Source: Ostreococcus lucimarinus (Eukaryota). Taken from it: a DNA stretch of 64,000 nt. The notes beneath the pieces were generated by a model. The model was not told where the DNA came from and made no database searches. It saw nothing but the letters and a program-made list of their open reading frames with translations. The position numbers were made by a program, and so were the translations under genes. Positions 29,839 through 40,104 of the stretch are shown here, in pieces. Every line of letters begins with the position of its first letter. The stretch's first letter is position 1. The stretch lies in assembly GCA_000092065.1 (NCBI GenBank), contig CP000589.1; one strand, given 5' to 3'.

Positions 29839-30840
29839 ATGCCCACCGACGCCGCCCCGCGCTGCGTCGCGTACGACGACACTCGCACGGCGTGCGTTGT
29901 CGGCACCGCCGCGGGAGAGATCGTCTTCCGCGAGCGCGCATCGTCCGCGAGCGCGCTCGACGCCGCGGCGGTTGAAGATCATTCAAAACCGTCGGCGTCG
30001 CCCTGGACGCGTCAGGCCTCCGCGCGCGCCGCGGACGATACGTCCGCGATCGTTGACATCGCGCTGAGCGATGCCGCGCACGGGCGCGTGATCGCGGCTG
30101 CCACGGCGAGCGGAGAGGTGTCGTTTTGGCGCGCGAGCGCGAGCGGCGACTCGAACGGGACGCCGCGCGTCGAACGCGTCGGTCTCGTGCGCGTCGAGGG
30201 TGGCGCCAAAGCGCGGTGCGTCGCGTTCGCGCCCTCGCACGATGCGCTAACGCTCGCGGCGGCGTGCGATGATGGCGTGGTGCGGTTCTACGAACCTCGA
30301 GAAAAATTGACGGCGACGGCTTGGGAGTCGACGCTGGAATTCGAGGGGAAAAAGCCGGGCGGCGACGCCACGGCGTTGGCGTGGCGACGCTCGAGCGAGC
30401 GAACGAGTGCGGTGAACGTTCCCATTTTAGCTGTCGGTACGACGTGGACGAGCGAGGCGCGGCACGGTGTGAGTGTCTTGGCGTACGACGAGAAGTTCCG
30501 ACGATGGAACGTCGTCACGGAGATGGAGGATGGATTGACGACGAGCGCGAGACATTTGGCGTGGAGCGCGACGACGACGGCGCGCGGGGCGTTGAACTTA
30601 GTCGTCGCGAGTGGTTCGAAGTGCCTGGTGTACGAGTTCACGGGCGTCGTCATGAGAGGTGTGGAGGACGCGAAGCAAATAGGTCGATTGGATCATCCGT
30701 GCGAGGTGAACAGCGCGGAATGGAACGCGAGCGGAAGCGTCATCGCCACCGCCGCCGCGGACGGCGTCGTTCGTTTGTGGAGCGCGAACTTGAAAGATGG
30801 AACTTGGCGCGAACAGACGATGGGACAGACGATGCAATAA
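29839..30840 (+). CDS. WD40-repeat protein, Sec13/Seh1-like
   Basis: WD units ending '..SGEVSFWRAS', '..DGVVRFYEP', '..ADGVVRLWSANLKDGTWREQTMGQ' (cf. Sec13 C-term '..DNKVTLWKE..DGKW'). ORF-track start 29716 is not ATG-supported; ATG 29839. Confidence 0.6.
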   Translation: MPTDAAPRCVAYDDTRTACVVGTAAGEIVFRERASSASALDAAAVEDHSKPSASPWTRQASARAADDTSAIVDIALSDAAHGRVIAAATASGEVSFWRASASGDSNGTPRVERVGLVRVEGGAKARCVAFAPSHDALTLAAACDDGVVRFYEPREKLTATAWESTLEFEGKKPGGDATALAWRRSSERTSAVNVPILAVGTTWTSEARHGVSVLAYDEKFRRWNVVTEMEDGLTTSARHLAWSATTTARGALNLVVASGSKCLVYEFTGVVMRGVEDAKQIGRLDHPCEVNSAEWNASGSVIATAAADGVVRLWSANLKDGTWREQTMGQTMQ

Positions 30841-30854
30841 CATAACTACACGAA

Positions 30855-31675
30855 TTAGTCGACGCGTAACGAGACGCTCGCGCCCGTCTCGTCGAATCGC
30901 GCAAACGCGTTTTCGGTTTCGTCGTCGCCGATTCCGGCGTCTCGCACGCACTCGAACATCTTTTTGCCCGCCTCTCGCGCGGTTCGCACGTGTACCTTGA
31001 GATCGTCGACGTCTTGCGGGGGGTACGCTCCCGCTCCGATTTCTTCGACACAATTTTGAAACTCCAAGCACGCGTCGACGATTGGCTCGAGCGCTTCCAG
31101 CCGCGCCGTCTTCTCTTTCACCGTCGGTAAAATCAAAGCCTTCAACAGCGCGACGCACTCCTTGACGAACACGCGCAGAGCCTTCGCGTTCGCCATCTCC
31201 GTCTCGCTGAAATCGTCGTCGCAAAATCTCAAATCATCCTCGTCCGTTCGCGTCGAAGCCGCCGCGCCTTCCTCGTCCTCGCCGAGCGCGCGCATCTCGT
31301 CGTCCACGTCCTTGACGAACCTCGCGCACGTCATCAAACGCGCCGCCACCGCGCGCACCGCATCTTTCGGCGCCTTTGCGAACGCTTTCGACGCCTCCCA
31401 AACGGCGCCCACGCCTCGTCGCACGTTCGCCGCGCGCCCTTCCCTCGCCCTCGCGCACGCCGCTCGAATCGTCGCCTTCGTCGCCTCGCAGCTCGCCCGC
31501 GCGAGATTCGATATCTCCTCTCGAAAGCACCGCCCCGCGTTTCCGCGCGCCTCGAGCGTCTTCGCCGTCTCCAGCGTCAGCGCCGCGTGCGCGTCGCGCA
31601 GCGCCGCGAGCACCGACCGCGCCGCGTCGTCGTCCTCGTCGAACGCGTCGTCGTCGTCGTTAAAGTACACCCCGA
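30855..31675 (-). CDS. Hypothetical protein exon 2 (acidic, helical; GCIP-like?)
   Basis: Non-repetitive ORF 'GVYFNDDDD...LRVFVKECVALLKALILPTVKEKTARLEALEPIVDACLEFQNCVEE...'. Begins right after a CAG acceptor with ACTGACG branch (31703-31709) 24 nt upstream. Confidence 0.5.
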
Positions 31676-31760
31676 CTGCGTCGCCGTCGCGCGCGCGTCC
31701 GTCGTCAGTCCGAATCCGTCGTCGTCGCTCGCGCGACGCGTCGTCTCGCGCGCGTCGCAC

Positions 31761-32010
31761 CTTTCGCCGCCTCGGCGTCGAGTCGCGCGCACGCCGCGAC
31801 GCACGCGCGCGTCGTCGCCGCGCCTTCGTCGTCGCCGCGCTCGCGCGCGCGCGCGTCGCGCGCGCGCGTCGTCGCCGCGTCCGCCGCCGGGACGCCCTTC
31901 GTCGCGCCTTCGTCGTCGCCGCGCGCGCGCGCGCGCGCGGTGGACGCGCCCGCGTCGCACGCGCGCGCGAGCTCTTCGCCGTGCGCCTCGAGATCGCGCG
32001 CGCGCGGCAT
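31761..32010 (-). CDS. Same hypothetical gene, exon 1
   Basis: Different frame from exon 2; 'MPRARDLEAHGEELARACDAGAS...LDAEAAK' ends 'AAAG|GTGCGA' (phase 1), which combines with exon 2 'TC' to give Val, in frame with exon 2. Start Met uncertain (32010/32094). Confidence 0.4.
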
Positions 32011-32710
32011 GGCGACGCGCGCGCGAGTCGACGTCCGCGGCGTCGCGCGTCGAATCGTTCGCATCGCATCGCATCGCATCGTCTCGCGTCGCACCGCGCG
32101 TTCCGTCGCGTCTTCGCTCGCCGCTCCATCATTCCAAATCGTCTCCGTCTACGTCTCGCTTCGATTCGCGTCGCGCGCGGCGCGTCGTCGCGCGCTTCGA
32201 TTCGTCCGCGTCGCCGTCGCGCGCGCGTCGTCGTCCTCGCGCGCGTCGACCGCCTCGCGCGTCTCCATCGCCGCGCGCTGGCTCGGCGTCATCCGCGTCG
32301 TTTTGACTCTATTTTTTCTCGCGAGTTTTCCCTCGTTCGCCGCCGTCACGCGTCGTCGTCGCGCGTCGTCCTCGCGCGCGTCGGCTTCCTCGCGTCGGTC
32401 GAGCGCCTCGCGCGCGGCGATGTACGCCATCCCGCCCGTGATGACGACGAGCAGCGCCGCGGCGACGCCGAACGCGAGGCCGACGAGCGTCTCGCTCGAC
32501 GTCGCGGCGTTCGCGGCGTCGAGCGCGGCGTCGTTCGCGCCGCGGCGCGCGACGTCGCGGATTCGCGCGGACGCGGATTCGCGCGACGCGACGCCGCGCG
32601 CTTCGACGGACGCGCGCGCGATCCGCGGCGTCGCGCGACGCGACGCGCGAATCCGCGTCCGCGGACGCCGCGTCGCGACGTCGCGGGACGTCGCGACGGC
32701 GACGCGCGCG

Positions 32711-33943
32711 ATGGATGCGCGCGGCATGGCGTCGAGTGACGACGACGCGGTATCCGCGCATCGCGACGCGCGCGCGCGCGACGCGTCGGCGCCGCGCGGC
32801 GACGGCGCGATGCCGCGCGCGCGCGCGGACGCGACGCGGGACGCGCGTCGGCGCGCGCGCGACGCGGGACGCGCGACGACGACGCCGACGGCGCGAAATC
32901 CGCGACGGCGCGCGCGACGGCGCGCGAGCGCGCCGAAGCGACGCGCGAGCGCCGAGCGCGTCGCGGAGACGGGCGCGAAGAACGCGTACTTCGCGCGCGT
33001 CGACGCGACGGCGCTGGCGGAGGAGGAGGCGCGCGACGACGACGACGCGAAGACGACGCGACGAAGACGCGACGAAGACGACGGGACGGGCGACGCGGCG
33101 ACGCTCCCGCCGGTGTTCGCGGCGGTGACGCGCGCGACGGTGACGGCGATGACGACGGCGAAGGCGCGGCGACGGGCGAGCGATCCCGCGGGCGCGGTGC
33201 GGAGGATCTTTGACGAACGACGCGCGAGACGGGCGGCGGCGACGATTCGGACGACGACGACGACGAACGCGGGACGAAGGACGAGCGAGCCGACGCCGGC
33301 GCGCGCGCGATTCGCACGCGCGTTGGATGGCGCTTTGGACGACGCTTTGGACGACGCGGAGGCGAGCGGAGGGGCGAGCGCGCGGGATGGGGACGACGAC
33401 GCGAGCGACGGGGCGTACGGGTTGTTGCTTCGCGCGGCGCGAGACGAACGCGCGGCGAGAGACGCGTCGTTGCCCGAGGAGTACTCGTTGCAGGAGGTGC
33501 GAGACGGCGGCGCGGCGTGCGAAGATTTGGTCGCGCTGTCCGTCGCGTTCGAGCGCGAGGACGCGCGCGTCGGGTCGCTCGCCGGCGGTTTGGGGGGCGC
33601 GGTGGCGCACGTCTTGCGAACCGCCTCGGGCGAAGCCGTCGGGTACACGTTGACGTACGAAAACCGCGCCCCGGAGTGGGACCGCGCGCGCGCCGTCGTT
33701 CTTCCTCCGCGACTCGCGCACGTGTTCATTCGTCGAGATCACCGCATGCGAGGACTCGGAACGGGTTTGGTGAATTGGTGGCGACGTCGATTCGCGCTGC
33801 GATGCGCTTTTTTCGCCGTCGATTCGCCCAACGACTCGATGACGCGAACGTTGCTTCGCGTCGAATGCGCGCCGGCCACGACGCGTTCGGGTCACGGCGC
33901 GTCTAGTGTACATTACATAGCTCCAGTCGCGGCGTCTTCGTGA
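32711..33943 (+). CDS. Hypothetical protein with C-terminal GNAT-like acetyltransferase motif; N-terminal half extreme low complexity
   Basis: C-terminal 'VVLPPRLAHVFIRRDHRMRGLGTGLVNWW' resembles GNAT motif A (R-G-x-G). ATG 32711 is the first plausible start; the N-terminal half sits in >75% GC sequence open in all six frames. Confidence 0.35.
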   Translation: MDARGMASSDDDAVSAHRDARARDASAPRGDGAMPRARADATRDARRRARDAGRATTTPTARNPRRRARRRASAPKRRASAERVAETGAKNAYFARVDATALAEEEARDDDDAKTTRRRRDEDDGTGDAATLPPVFAAVTRATVTAMTTAKARRRASDPAGAVRRIFDERRARRAAATIRTTTTTNAGRRTSEPTPARARFARALDGALDDALDDAEASGGASARDGDDDASDGAYGLLLRAARDERAARDASLPEEYSLQEVRDGGAACEDLVALSVAFEREDARVGSLAGGLGGAVAHVLRTASGEAVGYTLTYENRAPEWDRARAVVLPPRLAHVFIRRDHRMRGLGTGLVNWWRRRFALRCAFFAVDSPNDSMTRTLLRVECAPATTRSGHGASSVHYIAPVAASS

Positions 33944-33984
33944 GCCGAGAGGTTTCACGAGCGCGCGGCGCGCGTTGTAAATTT

Positions 33985-35238
33985 CTATTCCAGCCGGGCG
34001 GGACCTCGGTCCGCCGTCGCGGCGATGTACTTACCAGTCTTTCTGCAGCGGTCGACGTCGTACCCACCGACGAGTTTCGCGCGAATACGATCGGGTAGCT
34101 TGAGCGACGCCTCGACGTCAGCCTTCGTCGCCCCGCGGCCGAGCAAGCGTTCCATGTGCTCGCGGCGCACGCCGTTTTCGAGCACGTCGCGCGTCTCCAC
34201 GCCGCTCTCGTGACTGTCCCATCGAACGCGCTCTTGAAGTTCTTCGTGCATCGCGCGCAAGACGGCCTGCGCCAAGGCGAGCTGACCTTGCGTCTCGGTT
34301 ATCTTGGATTTGAGGTCTTCGGCGTCGCAATCTTCCAAGTCGTCAAAGTACACGCCGCATTCGCGTACGTTGTACGATTCCCCGGTGACTTGGCTCGTGA
34401 GCGTCAAACCTTCGTGCAAGCGATCGATGAGATCGGCATCGACGACGCGACGCGTGAAACAGTCTTCGGGAATGACGCCGCACGATCCAACCTCGAGACC
34501 GCGACGTATTTCTTCTAGATGCGCGATTCGCAAGTGTAGCGCGGCGACGCGACGATCGCGTTCGGCGATCTTTCGCACCAAAGGTTCCGCCTCGCTTTGG
34601 AGCCCTCTGTATCGGCCGAACTCTTCCGCGAACTTCCCCTCCCCGCTCCACGCGAATTCGTACTTGGTCTTTCCCTTCTCGTACCCCTCGTCGCCCTCTT
34701 CTAATTTCCGCGGCGTCCACACCTCGGGATTCTTCCCGACGCTCGCCGCGCGCGTCCCGAGCGACCGCGCGCCTTCGGCCACGACTTCACACATCGCACT
34801 CGCGCACGCTTCCATCGCTGGATGTAACGGGTCGATCGTCAACGCTCCGTCCAACACTTCGCACGTCCCTCGACCGTCGTCATCTCTCGCGTTACCGAAT
34901 CGCAGCTGCACCGCCGCGCCGCGTTCCGCCAACGTCCCGAGCTGTCGCTGCGCCACCTCTCGCGCGTCTACGATCTTCGTCAGCCTCGGTTCGATCGATC
35001 GCGTGAACCTCACGCCGTGAATTTCGATCAAGCACGTATCGCACGCGCGCGACACGCGCCCGTCGCCGTCCTCAACGCGCGTCAAGCGCGTCATGTGCCC
35101 GGTCGTCCCAGTCGTCGTCGCGCGCACGAGTTTCGAGCGTTTCGTGCGGTCGAAGCGGAACGCGATCGTCTTCGCTCGAACGGTGGCGTCGGCGGACGAG
35201 GTAAACATGACGCGCACGTCGTGCGCGACGTCGGTCAT
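33985..35238 (-). CDS. Hypothetical protein (N-terminal beta-rich domain, central coiled coil, C-terminal 'LKLPDRIRAKLVGGYD' tail)
   Basis: Clean 417-codon ORF from ATG 35238 with coding-like composition; no family recognised. Confidence 0.5.
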   Translation of the reverse strand: MTDVAHDVRVMFTSSADATVRAKTIAFRFDRTKRSKLVRATTTGTTGHMTRLTRVEDGDGRVSRACDTCLIEIHGVRFTRSIEPRLTKIVDAREVAQRQLGTLAERGAAVQLRFGNARDDDGRGTCEVLDGALTIDPLHPAMEACASAMCEVVAEGARSLGTRAASVGKNPEVWTPRKLEEGDEGYEKGKTKYEFAWSGEGKFAEEFGRYRGLQSEAEPLVRKIAERDRRVAALHLRIAHLEEIRRGLEVGSCGVIPEDCFTRRVVDADLIDRLHEGLTLTSQVTGESYNVRECGVYFDDLEDCDAEDLKSKITETQGQLALAQAVLRAMHEELQERVRWDSHESGVETRDVLENGVRREHMERLLGRGATKADVEASLKLPDRIRAKLVGGYDVDRCRKTGKYIAATADRGPARLE

Positions 35239-35470
35239 CGCGCGATGGCGCGCGCGCGAGTGCGGACGGCGTCAGCGTTCGCGTTTCGTTTTTTTCGAGC
35301 GTTTCTCGAGCGTTTCGACGCGCGACCGCGCGTCTCCGAAATGCGCGAAACACCCCCCCGCGTCTCCGCGTAGTTCGCGTCGCGCCCGACCGCACGCAGA
35401 CGCGCGCGGTGGCGATGCGAGGCGGTACGCGTTACGTTGACTCCGTGCGCACGATCGCGCGTCTCGCGCG

Positions 35471-37447
35471 ATGACGGCGCGCCATGACGCGCGCGCGCGA
35501 GCCGGTCGACGCCGCGTCGTCATCGTCGCGGTGTTGGCGGCCTGGGCGTGGGCGACCGCGGCGAGTGCGGCGCCGTTCGAGAACGCCGCGGCGCTCAAAG
35601 CAGCGGTGAACAATTGCCTCGCGGCGAGTCACACGGGTGATTGCGATTGCTCGAGCGCGTCTGTGGACTGTGGGGCGGCGGGGAGCGACGCGATGTCGCA
35701 GTGGGACACGAGTCTGGTTCCGGACATGAGCTACTTGTTCCACGACGCCCGTTCCTTCAATCAGTCCATCGGGAACTGGAATACGAGTCAAGTAACGAAC
35801 ATGGTTGGGATGTTCTTGTACGCCGCTGCTTTCAATCAGCCCATCGGGAACTGGGACACGAGTCAAGTGACTAACATGACTGACATGTTTGCGATCGCCC
35901 GTTCCTTTAACCAACCCATTGGTGACTGGAACACGAGCCAAGTCATGGACATGCGTTTTATGTTCGCTACTGCTTATGCTTTCGATAGTCCTATCCGCAA
36001 CTGGGACATCAGCCAAGTGACGAACACGAGTTACATGTTCTATTCTATTGCTGCATCTTTCAATGTTTTCAACCAATCCGTCGAGAACTGGAACACGAGC
36101 CAAGTTATGGACATGCGTGGGATGTTCGGGAACGCACGTTACTTCAACAAGCCTATCGGCGGCTGGAACACGAGCCAGGTTACGGACATGCGTAACATGT
36201 TCGTTACCGCCTCTTCCTTCAACCAGCCCATCGGTGACTGGGACACGAGCCAGGTTACGGACATGCGTTACATGTTCGCTACCGCCTCTTCCTTCAACCA
36301 GCCCATCGGTGACTGGGACACGAGCCAGGTTACAGACATGCGTGGAATGTTGGGGTCTGTGTCCTTCAATCAGCCCATCGGGAACTGGAACACGAGCCAG
36401 GTTACAGACATGCGTACGATGTTCGCTACCGCCTCTTCCTTCAACGCGCCTATCGGTGACTGGAACACGAGCCAAGTTACAGACATGGGTAGAATGTTTT
36501 ACGCAGCCTCTTCTTTTAACCGGTCTATTGGCGACTGGAACACGAGCCAAGTCACGGACATGCAGTCGATGTTTTACGCCTCTTCATTCGATCAACCCAT
36601 CGGGAACTGGGACACAAGCCTAGTCACATACATGAATTCGATGTTCAACAGCGCAGTTTCCTTCAACCAGTCTATCGGTGGCTGGAACACGAGCCGAGTG
36701 GTGAGCATGCAGTCGATGTTCGCGAACGCATTTTCCTTCAACCAGCCCATCGGGAACTGGAACACGGGCCGAGTGGTGAGCATGCATTCCATGTTTGACA
36801 GCGCAGTTTATTTCAACCAGCCCATCGGGAACTGGAACACGGGCCGAGTGGTGAGCATGAATTCCATGTTTGACAGCGCAGGCTTTTTCAACCAGCCCAT
36901 CGGGAACTGGGACACGAGCCAGGTTACAGACATGAATTCCATGTTTGATAGCGCAGGCTCTTTCAACCAGCCCATCGGGAACTGGAACACGAGCCAGGTT
37001 ACAGACATGAATTCCATGTTTGATAGCGCAGGCTCTTTCAACCAGCCCATCGGTGACTGGGACACGAGCCAGGTTACAGACATGCATTGGATGTTCCAGG
37101 GTGCCTCTTCCTTCAACCAGCCTATTGGAGACTGGGATACGAGCCAAGTGGTGACCTCGTACTCATTTAGCGAAATGTTCAAGGACGCAACGGCGTGGCT
37201 ATGCTCACACACACACAATACGTCGGATCCGATGCATTTTCAAAGATACTACGATGGTCCACCGTCTTTTTGGTTCGAGTCAGCGGCTGGAATCGGTGCA
37301 GTGTGCTTGTCTCCACCACCGCCAACCACACTACCGTGTGTATATGTCGCCGCCCCTCCGTTGACCGCAAGGTCGACTGGAACCGCGAGGTCGAGTGTCG
37401 CACTCTCGCTATATACGACAGTCATTATCATATACTTCCACGCCTGA
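35471..37447 (+). CDS. Secreted/surface tandem-repeat protein, 20 x 25-aa 'FNQPIGNW[ND]TSQVTDMxxMFxxAxS' repeats (Mycoplasma DUF285-type motif)
   Basis: Signal peptide '[20 protein letters not shown]', a ~60-aa head, then 20 near-regular 25-residue repeats, a Cys-containing tail and a hydrophobic C-terminus (GPI/TM-like). Confidence 0.75.
   Translation: MTARHDARARAGRRRVVIVAVLAAWAWATAASAAPFENAAALKAAVNNCLAASHTGDCDCSSASVDCGAAGSDAMSQWDTSLVPDMSYLFHDARSFNQSIGNWNTSQVTNMVGMFLYAAAFNQPIGNWDTSQVTNMTDMFAIARSFNQPIGDWNTSQVMDMRFMFATAYAFDSPIRNWDISQVTNTSYMFYSIAASFNVFNQSVENWNTSQVMDMRGMFGNARYFNKPIGGWNTSQVTDMRNMFVTASSFNQPIGDWDTSQVTDMRYMFATASSFNQPIGDWDTSQVTDMRGMLGSVSFNQPIGNWNTSQVTDMRTMFATASSFNAPIGDWNTSQVTDMGRMFYAASSFNRSIGDWNTSQVTDMQSMFYASSFDQPIGNWDTSLVTYMNSMFNSAVSFNQSIGGWNTSRVVSMQSMFANAFSFNQPIGNWNTGRVVSMHSMFDSAVYFNQPIGNWNTGRVVSMNSMFDSAGFFNQPIGNWDTSQVTDMNSMFDSAGSFNQPIGNWNTSQVTDMNSMFDSAGSFNQPIGDWDTSQVTDMHWMFQGASSFNQPIGDWDTSQVVTSYSFSEMFKDATAWLCSHTHNTSDPMHFQRYYDGPPSFWFESAAGIGAVCLSPPPPTTLPCVYVAAPPLTARSTGTARSSVALSLYTTVIIIYFHA
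35700..37200 (+). repeat. 75-bp tandem repeat array x20 (coding; DUF285-like protein)
   Basis: Periodicity evident at DNA and protein level; units 17 and 18 identical at protein level ('NW[DN][22 protein letters not shown]'). Confidence 0.9.
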
Positions 37448-37642
37448 AACTGAGACAGAAACTGAGACATCGCACATTCACAAATCCTACAAGGATATGA
37501 TACCGTAGTCATAGTGGATATATACAGTGCTGCTCTCGCATTTCCAGTTCCTACCTGATGAATACTGGATTATGGGGTGATTTTCAAACAAGTGTAGAGT
37601 ACTAGCCTCCATTTCTCGCTTGTTCTTGAAATACAACTTGAA

Positions 37643-39808
37643 TTACAACTCGAGGCAAACTGAGGGCGTCGAGACATAATCGCCATCACCTGTCGCAGCG
37701 CGCGCGAAAATCTCTATCACGACGTCGGCGGCGGTGGCGGGCGTGAGTCCGCACGCCACGACGGGAACGACGATGATAGAAACGTCGTACACGCGCCGAA
37801 TCGCCGACGCGAGAGTCTCACTGAGCGCCGAATCGACGCTTAAATTATGATACAGTCGGCATGTGGACACATGCGACGCGGTCAGCTCGGCTTCGCCTAA
37901 ATACAGTGCGATTCGTGCCAAGATGTGCCCGTTGGTGAGCTCATCACTTTTCAAGACGGCTTGTTTGACGCTGATTGAACACTGGAGGAATCGCCCTGGG
38001 CGGCGAACGCTCGTCGATTCCATCACGTCGCAAGCCGAGTCGCCTCGCACAGACTCGCGCACGAGCGTTTCCTCGCCATCGAACGATTCTTCGTCGCCGA
38101 GAGGTCCTGTGCCGACGAGCAACGTGGGAGCGATCTCACCGATGGCGTTCTTTGGAAGATCGGTGACGGTGAGGTACGTCGTCGTCGGGCGCCATAGAAA
38201 TCTTCGTCCACTCTGCGCGACGACGCGTTCGAAGGACGCCGACATCACGTTCGCTGGATGCACGCCCTCTGCTTCGTAGTCTGCGTTGTACTTCGCACTA
38301 GTGTAGAACGTCACCGCCAGCGCTCGTTCACCAAGTGGCGCACCCGTGATGTCTGCGACAGCGACGGCGCTCGCCATCGCGCGGTCGAGTTGGGCAACTA
38401 TTCCGGGCACCAAGTCTAACGTTGTCGGCTCCATACCGATTTGCCCGGCCACGTACGCCAGGCCGTTCACACGAATCGACTGACCGTACGGCCCGATGCA
38501 CGCGGGAGCCCACGACGACAGTGACTGCACGTGTAGTGATTTTCGTTCGTTACCGCCGTCGAGGATGAACAAGCAATCAATCTGAACCTTGGCGTCGCCG
38601 GGCAAGCACGTGGCGACGCACGCGCGGGCGCTGGGCGCGACGGGCGGCATGTATCTAGAATACACGCCATTAACCGTTGCGAACTGGCTCATATCATCTA
38701 GATAAACGTGCGTCATGGCGACATTACGCCACGCCTCAGTCGCCCCGTCCTCGCCGAGTTTTTCGGCGACGAGAGCGCGCATCGTCTGAAAAATAGCCTC
38801 CGCACACGTTTCGTGCGTCTCGCTCGCTGGATCTGCGGCGCGCAAAGACACCGAAAGTATCGAACCCACTAAGCCTATCGTGTGATGCACACGGCAGGTC
38901 GTACCTGTGACTGCAACGCAACCTTCGGTTTCGGCCGTGAACTCCAACGTCGCGGACGCCGTCGCCGACGCTCTCACGCGAGGCGCGTCGTCTTCGACCC
39001 AAATCACCCTCCCGGGCGCGATTTCATCCCCCTTCTCTTTGAGCACGACGTCAAACGCGTCGATGACCAAGTGACCGCTCGGCGCGAATCGATCTTCGCT
39101 CGTCTTCACCGTCCTCGTCTCCGTAATCGCCAAACTCGCGCGAGCGAACATCGGACAATCCACCACGAGCGTCTCAAACTCCCCGCCTTCGCCCGCGCAG
39201 TGCGACCCGTACTCATCTTCAACCCTAATCAGCGTCTCCCTCGCGTCCGCGATGGACATCCCCAAGTGTTTCCCCGGATCCAATCCCATCGCCGCCACCT
39301 TGACCAGACGCGCGTCGACGCCCTCCGCCTCCACCCGCCGTAAAACCTCTCGCTGTTCCACGCGCCACAGCGGCGCCAACGACGTCAGCCCCAGGCTCGC
39401 GCACACCGCTTCCACCCGCAACCGCTGATAATCGCTCAGTATCGCCCCCGAGCACACGCTATTCACATCCGGTCGCTCGCGTTTCGCCGCCGCCAACGCC
39501 GCGCGCAAATCCTCCACCTCGTCCCCCTCCTCTCCGTCCCCGTACTCCAGCCCCAGCGCCTTCGACCGCCCCGTGATCCGTCGGCGGTACACGTCCAACC
39601 CCGCGCACGCCGCGAACGCCCCCACGCACTCGTGCGCGACCGTCTGAAAGCAGTGCGAGTCCACCTCGCGCGTCGCCGCGTCCCTCGGGCACAGGTTGAC
39701 GAGGCACGCCACCGTCGCGTCCGCGCGCCTCGACGTCTCGATCGCCGCCAAAACGCCGTCCTTGCCGCCGGACACGAGCGCCGCGCACGCGTACCGCCGC
39801 TCGGGCAT
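37643..39808 (-). CDS. DPH6: Diphthine-ammonia ligase (DPH6/ATPBD4): PP-loop ATPase + two RidA/YjgF domains
   Basis: 'AALVSGGKDG' PP-loop, 'SVCSGAILSDYQRLRVEAVCASLGLTSLAPLW', then two RidA-like modules ('..AGQIGMEP..'). Same architecture as yeast Dph6. ATG 39808. Confidence 0.85.
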   Translation of the reverse strand: MPERRYACAALVSGGKDGVLAAIETSRRADATVACLVNLCPRDAATREVDSHCFQTVAHECVGAFAACAGLDVYRRRITGRSKALGLEYGDGEEGDEVEDLRAALAAAKRERPDVNSVCSGAILSDYQRLRVEAVCASLGLTSLAPLWRVEQREVLRRVEAEGVDARLVKVAAMGLDPGKHLGMSIADARETLIRVEDEYGSHCAGEGGEFETLVVDCPMFARASLAITETRTVKTSEDRFAPSGHLVIDAFDVVLKEKGDEIAPGRVIWVEDDAPRVRASATASATLEFTAETEGCVAVTGTTCRVHHTIGLVGSILSVSLRAADPASETHETCAEAIFQTMRALVAEKLGEDGATEAWRNVAMTHVYLDDMSQFATVNGVYSRYMPPVAPSARACVATCLPGDAKVQIDCLFILDGGNERKSLHVQSLSSWAPACIGPYGQSIRVNGLAYVAGQIGMEPTTLDLVPGIVAQLDRAMASAVAVADITGAPLGERALAVTFYTSAKYNADYEAEGVHPANVMSASFERVVAQSGRRFLWRPTTTYLTVTDLPKNAIGEIAPTLLVGTGPLGDEESFDGEETLVRESVRGDSACDVMESTSVRRPGRFLQCSISVKQAVLKSDELTNGHILARIALYLGEAELTASHVSTCRLYHNLSVDSALSETLASAIRRVYDVSIIVVPVVACGLTPATAADVVIEIFARAATGDGDYVSTPSVCLEL

Positions 39809-40104
39809 CGCGACTCGCGACGCCGCGCGTCGACGCCGAGTGGCGTCGACGCCGCGCGACGTCGACGCCGCCTTATCCGCGCCGCACACGTCGACGCCGC
39901 GCGCGAGCGACGCGAACGCAGAGCGCGCGTGCGACGCGCGCGCTTCCGATGGCGATGACGACCGCGCGAGGGGCGACGGCGACGCGCGCGCGCGCGAGGG
40001 CGACGACGATCGGCGGAAAGAAGAGGGATGGCGAGACGACGCGCGCGCGAGGACGCGCGCGGACGCGCGCGCGCGCGGACGCGCGCGAGGCGCGCGAAAA
40101 AACG

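Noticed and set aside
35432-37218. Three long minus-strand ORFs (35432-36550, 36620-37147, 36808-37218) with their own internal repeats
   Set aside because: They are the reverse complement of the 75-bp coding tandem array. Periodicity alone keeps them open. The plus-strand protein has a signal peptide and a coherent repeat consensus.
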